From positions 1 to 26,416 of IMG/VR virus record IMGVR_UViG_3300038393_000621: DNA of 26,416 bases; one strand, given 5' to 3'. Position numbers and translations under genes: made by a program. Numbering within the stretch: position 1 is the first letter of the stretch; each line of letters starts with the position of its first letter. This DNA comes from a virus. Its lineage: Duplodnaviria; Caudoviricetes. Below the pieces are notes generated by a model that was given only the letters and a program-made list of their open reading frames with translations, did no database searches and was not told the origin of the DNA. This document shows, piece after piece, positions 15,291-22,722 of the stretch.

Positions 15291-18034
15291 CAGCCGTTGG
15301 TGGTCACGCCGATAACAAGAGATATTAGAGTCATTGTATTTGGTGAGGAGCATTCGACACAGACGCGACTATCGGTATTCCACTCGCCAGGAAAGACGAA
15401 CGGCTCTTCGTCATCGACATCGCTCAAGACGATGGCCTGGGCCGTGGTGAACCCCTGTTGTACCGGAAGCGGGAACAATGGGCGCTCGGTATTGTCGAAC
15501 TGTGAACCGTAGCGAACACCAGCCCTGACGAAATCCGTCATGACCAGGCCGAGCTCATCCACCTTCTTCTTCTGGAGCATCGCCGTGCCGCCAGCCGCGC
15601 CGTATGCCAGCTTTGCCGATTTGTAGCGAGCGGTGTACGGAAGGCCGGCTACCCAATTCGTGACCGCCGCACCGAGCGTGATGTTGCCGCTTCCGTCCAC
15701 GGTATAGGTATTCGGCGTGGTGTAGCCATCTGCCCCAAGCGTCACCAGCGGTGCGCCATCGGCCCAAACCACCACGCTTTCCCCAATCAGGTGCGTACCA
15801 ACGGCTATGGTAGCCGATGCCGGGGAATTGATGCCGTGAGAGAAGGCATCCATGACCTTGCAAAGCGTCGTGGGCTTCACTTCGCTATCCAGCGCCATCT
15901 TCTCGATATAGCGGACTGTCGAGCCGTTCACGGTGCGGTTGACAACGAAATAGGTCCTATCCTGGTCATCCGCAGGGAGAACGGCAACGCTTTCGAACTC
16001 GCCGTCCGTTTCCATGGGGATGAAGGCCAGCACCTCCTCCAGGGGCTCATAGACGACACAAACGCAGGACCCGTCATTGTTGATGACCCAGATGCGGGTA
16101 TCGGGTCGGCGCTGAACGGCAAGCGTCTTGATGCCGGAGGTGAAGAGGTCAGTCGCCAGCTTGCTCATCTGCGTGGCGTTGTAGTCCGAACTCTGCCCGT
16201 CAAAAGACAATTCGAACAGCGCCTTTGACGAGCGATCGACAAACAGGCCCCTGGTGTCCACACGAGCCGGGTCGATTGAAGATGCGCCCGTGGAAGACGA
16301 GTCCTTGATGGAAAGGTTGGTAGGCGTCAGTGGTTCATCGAAGGATGACGACTTGACGGTTGAGACAGCCCCTTCCGTGCCCACAAGAAGCCGCTGGAGG
16401 GCAAGCAGCCATTGCGTGTCATTCACGCCGCCCGTGGCTATGGAACGCGAGATAGGCCCGCTATCGCCTTCGGTAGCATCATCGAAGTCTTCGAAGCCAT
16501 CGGAGACCGAGCCCCACAACCTATCAGAGCCAGACCACCACAGACGACCTTCCGCAAAGCTCACGGCAGAAGGCCATGTTTGGGCGGCCGACCATTCGCA
16601 TTCGCGCCAGTTGTCGGTAGGATTGGTGCCGTGCAGCGGAGACAGGATTTCAACATCCACTGACGTTGAGCTGTTGAACGCCGTCACGCGGCAGATGCCG
16701 GAACCCGCACTCGCGCCATAAGTCACGTTGATGGTTGCAACACCTGATGTGTAGGTCCCCTCTTCGAATCCAAGCCGATACCAGATGATGGCATTGTCGC
16801 TGTTATCGTCGTTATTGGTCGATGCCAGGTTTGTGGTGATGTCGATGGTGGATGAGCCATGCTGATAGGGATACGGCTTGAAGCCCCTGTCATCGCCATC
16901 GAAAGAGCGCTGCCACCGAAGCGTTCCCGACCATGTTCCGGTGACGGTGTATGTCCACTTCCGGTCATTCCAATCGGTGCTGGAAATGCCGGTGACCTTG
17001 AAGGCATCGGTGAACTGCCCTGCCCCTGCCAGTTGCGTCGAACAGGAAAAGCCCTCATGGAACAGCGAAAACAGCGTGCCCACATGATCGGCCGTGAAGA
17101 ATGGCGCCGACGCCGTGAGAGTGCCATTGCCCTCGGTGGCGCTCGGGGTGATCTTGACCGCCCGCGTCCTGTCGAGCGTGAACGGCCCATTGTCTGGCTG
17201 GTAATTGACGACGGACCATGACCTGGTGGAGCGGCGCTCGATGCGTTGCGGCCGGTAGCCGTCGCAGGCAACGAACACCACATCGGCCGACTGCGCGAAA
17301 CGCATCGTCCACAGATCGGCCTCGAGCCAGTTCGTGGGCAGCGTCATGATGCCCGCCGCCTCCACGGTGACGCTATCGACGCGCTTCAACTGCTCCAGTT
17401 CGGATTGGAACAGCAGATAGAACGACGCCCCTGTGGGCGTGAAGGCCAAGGAATGTGTACCCGTCCGCAGGATCGTTTCGTTGATGTATTCGTCACCGCC
17501 CGATGTCGATCCTACACGCAGCGTTACCGGGCCGCGCTCGACAACAATGCGAAGCGCATGTTCAGTCCCGATCTCATTGACGGTGATGGTTTGCGCGGCT
17601 GAGGCTTTTGAGCCCCGAGCGAGGGCTGTCAGGTTGAGATAGCCGCCAGAGACCGTGCTGGTAGCACCCGACGTTGCGGTGAGCGTCCAGCCGGTGCCCG
17701 ACGAGAAATTGCCGTTGGTGATTGCCGCCGTGACGGTTGGGCGCGTTACCAGCACGTCATCCACCTTGACGCGCAGAAGCCTGTCGGTGAATTCCATCAA
17801 CGCGGCGTCCGTCGCGCCGAAGACGAATTCCTTCAGCCGGCAGATATTGTTGCTGTCCGTGGTCGAGAGGTATTCAAGCCCCGGTCGCATGAAGGCGGGG
17901 CCGCTGGTGAGAGGAAGCAGATTGGTCTGGATTTCGGCCGCAAGCCGCATGCGCTCCAGATCGACGCGGGCAAGGTGCTTCTTGTCCTGAACGCCTACGC
18001 AAAAATGCTGGAGGTACGTGTTGACGCGTGGCAT
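15290..18034 (-). CDS. Tail tubular protein B / nozzle (T7 gp12-like), 914 aa
   Basis: GPAFMRPG, AQSADV, WPSAVSFAEGRLW, LWGS, LLVGTEGA; follows tail tube A. Confidence 0.85.
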   Translation of the reverse strand: MPRVNTYLQHFCVGVQDKKHLARVDLERMRLAAEIQTNLLPLTSGPAFMRPGLEYLSTTDSNNICRLKEFVFGATDAALMEFTDRLLRVKVDDVLVTRPTVTAAITNGNFSSGTGWTLTATSGATSTVSGGYLNLTALARGSKASAAQTITVNEIGTEHALRIVVERGPVTLRVGSTSGGDEYINETILRTGTHSLAFTPTGASFYLLFQSELEQLKRVDSVTVEAAGIMTLPTNWLEADLWTMRFAQSADVVFVACDGYRPQRIERRSTRSWSVVNYQPDNGPFTLDRTRAVKITPSATEGNGTLTASAPFFTADHVGTLFSLFHEGFSCSTQLAGAGQFTDAFKVTGISSTDWNDRKWTYTVTGTWSGTLRWQRSFDGDDRGFKPYPYQHGSSTIDITTNLASTNNDDNSDNAIIWYRLGFEEGTYTSGVATINVTYGASAGSGICRVTAFNSSTSVDVEILSPLHGTNPTDNWRECEWSAAQTWPSAVSFAEGRLWWSGSDRLWGSVSDGFEDFDDATEGDSGPISRSIATGGVNDTQWLLALQRLLVGTEGAVSTVKSSSFDEPLTPTNLSIKDSSSTGASSIDPARVDTRGLFVDRSSKALFELSFDGQSSDYNATQMSKLATDLFTSGIKTLAVQRRPDTRIWVINNDGSCVCVVYEPLEEVLAFIPMETDGEFESVAVLPADDQDRTYFVVNRTVNGSTVRYIEKMALDSEVKPTTLCKVMDAFSHGINSPASATIAVGTHLIGESVVVWADGAPLVTLGADGYTTPNTYTVDGSGNITLGAAVTNWVAGLPYTARYKSAKLAYGAAGGTAMLQKKKVDELGLVMTDFVRAGVRYGSQFDNTERPLFPLPVQQGFTTAQAIVLSDVDDEEPFVFPGEWNTDSRVCVECSSPNTMTLISLVIGVTTNG

Positions 18035-18664
18035 CTAGAGGCCGCGCCTCGTGCCGGTCAGCGAACCCCTGCGGAGCCGGGAGCGTACCAGCCGGCCGGC
18101 CGGCGTGTAAGCCACGCGCTCGTCCACGGCGTCCAGGGTCTTGGCTTCAGTCAGGAGAGTCTTGGCGAGATTGAACAGATCGGAGCGTGTTCCCTTGTCG
18201 GAGGAAATCGGCAGCGAGCATTGGAACGCCAGATAGGCCGCAAAAGCCTCCGCGAACGGCTGCCGCCATGCCCCGATGTTCCACCCGTAGGCATCGCCAT
18301 TCGAAACATAGCGCACATAGAGCGTGTCGCTATTGGCGTACCAGTAGGAGGTTTCGTCGGCGAAATCCTCGAAGCCGATGCCGAAGTCAGGATCTGTGTT
18401 GATGTTGACGGTTCGGACCCAATCAGCCGGCTTGGAGAACGCATACTGATAGCCGAACAACGGCTCCACATCTTCATCAGCGCTCAATTGCGATGTGCGG
18501 ATGGCGAAGTTCCAAAGGCCCTTGGCGAGCATGTATTCGCCGGCATCCTGCCATGCATCGTCCAGCGCATAACGAGCGGGGCTCACCTCTGTGAGGCTTG
18601 CCACGCCCGCTGCGTTGCCGAGATAGCGTAGCGCTGATTTGTAGATGGAGAGGCGAGAGGCCAT
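18035..18664 (-). CDS. Tail tubular protein A / adaptor (T7 gp11-like), 209 aa
   Basis: IYKSALRYLG, WNFA, YAFSKPADW, FAEAFAAYLA, AKTLDAVD. Confidence 0.85.
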   Translation of the reverse strand: MASRLSIYKSALRYLGNAAGVASLTEVSPARYALDDAWQDAGEYMLAKGLWNFAIRTSQLSADEDVEPLFGYQYAFSKPADWVRTVNINTDPDFGIGFEDFADETSYWYANSDTLYVRYVSNGDAYGWNIGAWRQPFAEAFAAYLAFQCSLPISSDKGTRSDLFNLAKTLLTEAKTLDAVDERVAYTPAGRLVRSRLRRGSLTGTRRGL

Positions 18665-18665
18665 G

Positions 18666-19091
18666 TCAGGCTTCGCACTTCATGGTCACAACCTCACCGC
18701 CCGTACTATCATCCAGCAGTGCAGCTATCTCGACTGCCTTGGCTGCATCGGCGCCCATGTACATGGCGGCATTGGCCGCTGGAGACCCACTACCCCATGC
18801 GCCAAATTCAGTCGTGACATCGAAAGATGCGCCGGCCTCATAGATCGTGAGAGAGCCAGTCTTGCGCAGTCGAATGATCGTAGACTCCGAAAGCGAAGGT
18901 CTGTCGCCGCCTTCGCCATTTTGAAGCCAGCGGATGAAAGCCACCGCCTCAGCATAGGTGCCAGTGACGCCCGCAACGTCGCCGGATGGCAAACGGAAGA
19001 GTTTGCTGGCCGAATATCGATGTATCCAGCCGCCGTTCATCATCCGACTGTCGGCGGCCAGGATGCCCCCGCGATAGGCAATGGTTGTCAT
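18666..19091 (-). CDS. Proteasome-beta/HslV-like Ntn hydrolase, 141 aa
   Basis: MTTIAY..ILAADSR, SKLF, GSG, A..AM..GA.A..AVEIA..LD..TGG; ATGA-coupled start at 19091 exposes Thr1. Confidence 0.8.
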   Translation of the reverse strand: MTTIAYRGGILAADSRMMNGGWIHRYSASKLFRLPSGDVAGVTGTYAEAVAFIRWLQNGEGGDRPSLSESTIIRLRKTGSLTIYEAGASFDVTTEFGAWGSGSPAANAAMYMGADAAKAVEIAALLDDSTGGEVVTMKCEA

Positions 19092-19561
19092 GCCGAGAGG
19101 CCCGAAGCCTTCTGGGAATGCGCGATTGCAGCCGCTACAGCTTCGGCCCGCGTCTTGTGATCCTTGCTGACCACCAGATGCGGATCGTTCGTCATGGCAC
19201 GCCATTTGTGGGCCGGCGCGAAATTGACGGTGTAGCCTTCGGGAGGCTGAGGCGCGTCTTCCGGCAGTTCGCCTGTCTGCTCAATGACCGGCTTGACCGC
19301 GGTCTTCGTCAGATCGATCGCATGAAGGAGCGCCGTCTTGACCCAGCCTGTGCCGCGCTCCACAACAAGCAGATGCAGGCGCCAGGAGCGGTCTTCCGGC
19401 GTGACGATAACTTCGTCATCGACCGTGACCTTGGAAAAGATGTTGGCCCAATTGCCGGGGATGGAGACATCCTCCATGGTCATGGAGTTCGGAACCACCA
19501 TGCGCCGAAGCGTGCGGGTGTAATCAGCGCTGTTGAGCGCCGTCTGTGCGGGGATCTTCAT
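19088..19561 (-). CDS. Hypothetical phage protein, 157 aa
   Basis: GAGG RBS before ATG 19561 (MKIPAQ...); stop coupled to the next gene. Confidence 0.75.
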   Translation of the reverse strand: MKIPAQTALNSADYTRTLRRMVVPNSMTMEDVSIPGNWANIFSKVTVDDEVIVTPEDRSWRLHLLVVERGTGWVKTALLHAIDLTKTAVKPVIEQTGELPEDAPQPPEGYTVNFAPAHKWRAMTNDPHLVVSKDHKTRAEAVAAAIAHSQKASGLSA

Positions 19562-19582
19562 TTGGTGCCTCATGGATTGGGA

Positions 19583-19657
19583 GCGGTTCGGGGGCCAGCA
19601 CAAGGCCAGCCCCCACGACCGCGAGGGAGGCAACCCGCGACCGAAGCCGCGAATTGC
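19583..19657 (-). other. Two tandem GC-rich RNA hairpins after the capsid and 88-aa genes
   Basis: GCAATTCGCGGC-TTCG-GTCGCGGGTTGC (19630-19657) and GCGGT..GGGGGCTGGC-CTTGT-GCTGGCCCCC..ACCGC (19583-19622); no U-tract. Confidence 0.65.
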
Positions 19658-19660
19658 TTA

Positions 19661-19927
19661 TCAGGTGATCGCGGTCGGAGCCGCCACCGTGGCAGCCGCG
19701 CCGGAAACCGACGCAACCTGGTAGCGTTTGTATTTGGCGGTGCCGGTGTTGATGGCGTCCACCAGATCGCCGACGCGCATGCCCTTCGTCACGCCGTCCG
19801 AGAACCAGGAAGCGCCGGTGATGGTGGCGTCCGAGTCCGCAGCGGAGTTGAAGTACATGAACACGCGCGGCATGTAGCCGCCGACCGGGTTGATGGTCAT
19901 CGCGAGATTGTCGGGAACGTATGCCAT
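19661..19927 (-). CDS. Small virion protein, possible capsid decoration, 88 aa
   Basis: TAAGGAG RBS, directly after the capsid; Ala/Thr-rich; GMRVGDLV motif. Confidence 0.75.
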   Translation of the reverse strand: MAYVPDNLAMTINPVGGYMPRVFMYFNSAADSDATITGASWFSDGVTKGMRVGDLVDAINTGTAKYKRYQVASVSGAAATVAAPTAIT

Positions 19928-19939
19928 TGGTTCGTCTCC

Positions 19940-20776
19940 TTACGTGGCAACGAACGCCGAGCCGTCGTGAGTGATTTTCACGATGCCGGTGTTCTGGAGG
20001 ATTTTTGCTGCGTGGAAGACGGTGGCGCGAGACCAGGACGTGTCCTGCTTCTCATCGTACCCGATGGCGATCTTCTCCTCGCCAACGTTCACCGCATAGC
20101 CGATGGCGTCGCGGTGGAACATATAGCAGATTTCCGAAGAAGTGCCGAGGCCGGTGATGCGGCTGGAGACGGCCCAATTGATGCCCATCCAGCGGAACAT
20201 CTTGCGGGCCGGGCCACCGAACGGCTTGACATCCACGTAGTCGCCCGAAGCGAATTCGGTCGTCTGCATGAGATAGCCGCGAAACGCCGGGGAGATGACG
20301 GCGAACATGTTGTTCTCGTCTTCCACCGGAATGTCGGCATTGCCAAGGATCGCCTGGGCGCCGGTAACGGTTGCCAGGGAGGCAGTGCCGGTGCCGAAGT
20401 CCTGCGTGGCGTTCGCCAGTTCGGCCAGCATCGTGAGATCGATGTCGCGGTTGATGACCGCCATCGACGCATTCTGCATGACGCGCTTCTGGTCGCCCTG
20501 CGAGGCGAAAATGTTGAACCCGGTCAGCTCATACGGCGCATGCTTTTCAACAAGCGTCGCGGTAACCTGCGAGTTCGTGGGGTTGCCATACGGAATCTGG
20601 CCGTTGGTCCCACGGCTGACTGCGGTATCCGTACCGGAACCGGAAACGAGGAAGGTGGCCTGGTTGCCACTGATCACCGATTCCTTGGTCGTCATGGCCT
20701 TGAGCAGGCTCACGCGCTGCTCGAAAGCCCCGATGAACTCTTTCCGGTACTGGATCATTGCGGCTTCGATAGCCAT
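19940..20776 (-). CDS. Major capsid protein, 278 aa
   Basis: Y..EF..AFEQRVSLL, AVINRDID, WMGINW, FHRDAIG; position after the scaffold; GAAAGGAA RBS. Confidence 0.88.
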   Translation of the reverse strand: MAIEAAMIQYRKEFIGAFEQRVSLLKAMTTKESVISGNQATFLVSGSGTDTAVSRGTNGQIPYGNPTNSQVTATLVEKHAPYELTGFNIFASQGDQKRVMQNASMAVINRDIDLTMLAELANATQDFGTGTASLATVTGAQAILGNADIPVEDENNMFAVISPAFRGYLMQTTEFASGDYVDVKPFGGPARKMFRWMGINWAVSSRITGLGTSSEICYMFHRDAIGYAVNVGEEKIAIGYDEKQDTSWSRATVFHAAKILQNTGIVKITHDGSAFVAT

Positions 20777-20806
20777 GATCAGTTCCTTTCAGTGTTGAGG
20801 GGTTTT

Positions 20807-20944
20807 GGAGCCGCTGTCGTGCAGGGTGGCCGAAGGCGTTCCGGGGCCTTTGCAGGGGTGGCCGGTCGGCTTGTCGGGGCTTCACGTCATAGGCAGAAGG
20901 ATTGCTTTGCGCGGGGCCGTTTCCGGGGTGGCCGTGCAGGCAAT
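20807..20944 (-). repeat. Three-copy structured motif GGCCACCC..GGCYCC in the capsid leader
   Basis: Copies at 20913-20933, 20843-20863 and 20807-20831; inner stems CCG-GAAA-CGG, CCT-GCAA-AGG and CTG-CACGA-CAG. Confidence 0.75.
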
Positions 20945-20970
20945 AAAAAGGCCCGCCGAAGCGAGCTTTG
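20942..20970 (-). terminator. Rho-independent terminator between scaffold and capsid
   Basis: GCTCGC-TTCG-GCGGGC hairpin followed by CTTTTTATT. Confidence 0.75.
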
Positions 20971-20995
20971 TTCACTGACGGGCTGTCAGGAATTC

Positions 20996-21895
20996 CTACT
21001 TCTTGCGCTTCAACTCGCGCTCAAGGATCTGCGCGTACTCCTTGTCGAGACCCTTTTCATAATACTCATCGGTGCCGATGATCTTCTCGATCTCCTCCTT
21101 GCGCGCGGTGTGCTTGCGCTCGCTGTCGGAGGACGTGAAGGCCACATCGCCGAACTTCTCGCGGCCCATGTCGGCGGCCCATGCGATGAACTCGGGGATA
21201 TCACCAAGGCGCTTGCCATCCACGCGCGCCTCAGCCCACTTGGCGCCTACGCCGGGAATGCCCTCGATCCAGCGGCGGGCAATGGTGGTGTTGGCCTTGT
21301 ATTCGCCGTGCGCCCAATCCTTGCGAAGGGTGTCCTCCGCTTCTTCCGCAGCCACCTTGTCCGTCTCGGATTGCTTGGCCTGGAGCGTGTCCATCATGTC
21401 GATGTACCACTCGGAGGCGATCTCAACGACATCAGGCCGGGCGCCCTTGGCGTGGGCGAATTCGGTGAAGCTGGAGAGGATCGGCTTGTCCTCGTCGGTC
21501 AACCGCTTCTGGACTGCTTCCGGCAGTTTGTAGCCGGTCGGATCGTCCGGGATGCCTTCGGCCTTGCGCCATTCGGCCATCGCCTTTTCGTCTTTGCCGT
21601 CCGGCTTCGCTGGCCGCTGCTGGCCAGACCTGATTGTGGCCTGTGCCTCACGCAGAGCCCGCGCGACCCCCTTGGGTGAACCATAGCGAGAAATGGCCTT
21701 GGCGACATCATCGTCACCGCCAGCCATATCCTCGCGCCAGTTGTCGCCCCATGGGGATTTGGGTTCCGGCTTTGGGTCGGCGGGAGGCGGATCAGCCGGG
21801 CTGGGCTCAGGTGCCGGATCGGCCGGCTTCGGGTCGAGCGCTGGCGCAGGGTCCGGTACAGGGTTGGGGTTCGGCGCGTCTGCCAAGTCAGTCAT
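20996..21895 (-). CDS. Capsid scaffolding/assembly protein, 299 aa
   Basis: Pro/Asp-rich N-terminus, GIPDDPTGY, acidic helices, LRKDW..Y; lies directly upstream of the capsid. Confidence 0.75.
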   Translation of the reverse strand: MTDLADAPNPNPVPDPAPALDPKPADPAPEPSPADPPPADPKPEPKSPWGDNWREDMAGGDDDVAKAISRYGSPKGVARALREAQATIRSGQQRPAKPDGKDEKAMAEWRKAEGIPDDPTGYKLPEAVQKRLTDEDKPILSSFTEFAHAKGARPDVVEIASEWYIDMMDTLQAKQSETDKVAAEEAEDTLRKDWAHGEYKANTTIARRWIEGIPGVGAKWAEARVDGKRLGDIPEFIAWAADMGREKFGDVAFTSSDSERKHTARKEEIEKIIGTDEYYEKGLDKEYAQILERELKRKK

Positions 21896-22193
21896 TCGGT
21901 GCCTCTTGCCTCTTGCCTCGAACTGGTTTTGGCGGCTTGCCCTCGACTGCCTTGAGGGTTTCCGCGCGGAGCATTTTCACGATCTGGGCGCCGACAAATC
22001 GCCTGCCCTCAGCGAATGCCGTGGCGTGACTGTCCTGCTTGCGGTAGCTCAGGTCGTAGTAGTTGCTGGCCTGGTTGATGATCCAGTCCATGGCCGTCTG
22101 TTGCTGGCCTTCATTGGCCTTGCCGGCGATCACGGCGCGAACCGCCATGAGAATGTCTTTGTCATAGGCGGCCGGCGAATGTGCTTCCGTCAC
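21888..22193 (-). CDS. Small conserved head-module protein (Bbp19-like), 101 aa
   Basis: GTG at 22193 (GTGA overlap); TAFAEGRRFVG motif typical of the gene between portal and scaffold. Confidence 0.75.
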   Translation of the reverse strand: MTEAHSPAAYDKDILMAVRAVIAGKANEGQQQTAMDWIINQASNYYDLSYRKQDSHATAFAEGRRFVGAQIVKMLRAETLKAVEGKPPKPVRGKRQEAPND

Positions 22194-22309
22194 CAGCCCA
22201 GCGCCTTCGCGATTGCGGCGCAGACCGCGATGTAAGTCAGCACCATTGCCAGCACGACGCCGCCAACGAAGGCGGCAACGATTGCCATGATGATAAGTGC
22301 CGCGCTCAT
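22190..22309 (-). CDS. 39-aa hydrophobic membrane peptide (MSAALIIMAIVAAFVGGVVLAMVLTYIAVCAAIAKALGW)
   Basis: Hand-translated; coupled at both ends (ATGA and GTGA). Confidence 0.65.
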   Translation of the reverse strand: MSAALIIMAIVAAFVGGVVLAMVLTYIAVCAAIAKALGW

Positions 22310-22593
22310 GGAGACACGAGCCATTCGCTGCGGAACTCGCCACACCAGTCATCGGAGTACGTGTCCGAATGGCTGCAAAACTCTCTGACGTACCCAGGCT
22401 CCATAAATTCTTGTATGGAGTCGTCCGCTGTCTCTACGCCTGTCATATGCGAATAGATCGCTGCGATGCCCTCTATAAGCCTCTGTGGCGTGCCCTCAGG
22501 CTTTGGGGGGAACCGACGACAGGTGCCCATACCGCCGCCATATCCCTCCCAGAAGATGCAATTCTTGCACTGGACGTGCTCAGGTTTAGCCAT
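22306..22593 (-). CDS. Cys-rich hypothetical protein, 95 aa (possible metal binding)
   Basis: AGGAGG RBS; CKNCIFW..GTCRRFPP..DWCGEF. Confidence 0.8.
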   Translation of the reverse strand: MAKPEHVQCKNCIFWEGYGGGMGTCRRFPPKPEGTPQRLIEGIAAIYSHMTGVETADDSIQEFMEPGYVREFCSHSDTYSDDWCGEFRSEWLVSP

Positions 22594-22602
22594 AGTTGCC
22601 TC

Positions 22603-22722
22603 CTATGGGTGTTTCTGTTCTTGAGCCTTTACGAACTTGACGATTGCCAGCGATGTTTCACGTGACATATCCGGCTTGGATGCGCAGCCCGCGAGGAGCA
22701 GGAGCGCCAGAATCAACCTCAC
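22603..22722 (-). CDS. 39-aa lipoprotein (MRLILALLLLAG-CASKPDMSRETSLAIVKFVKAQEQKHP)
   Basis: Hand-translated; GTG overlaps the portal stop (GTGA); canonical LAGC lipobox; its stop overlaps the next RBS. Confidence 0.65.
   Translation of the reverse strand: MRLILALLLLAGCASKPDMSRETSLAIVKFVKAQEQKHP

Noticed and set aside
20807-20933. Capsid-leader repeats as a mini-CRISPR array
   Set aside because: Units are short and degenerate, spacing is irregular (11 and 49 nt) and there are no cas genes; an RNA-structure reading fits better.
18986-21679. 897-aa plus-strand ORF antisense to the head genes
   Set aside because: Scaffold, capsid, 88-aa and 157-aa genes all share one frame and the ORF is their in-register shadow. 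High-GC genes avoid TTA/CTA/TCA, so antisense stops are rare. The translation has no protein-like motifs.
21760-21880. Repetitive GC-rich stretch at the scaffold 5' end
   Set aside because: Explained by Pro/Asp/Ala low-complexity coding, typical of scaffold N-termini.
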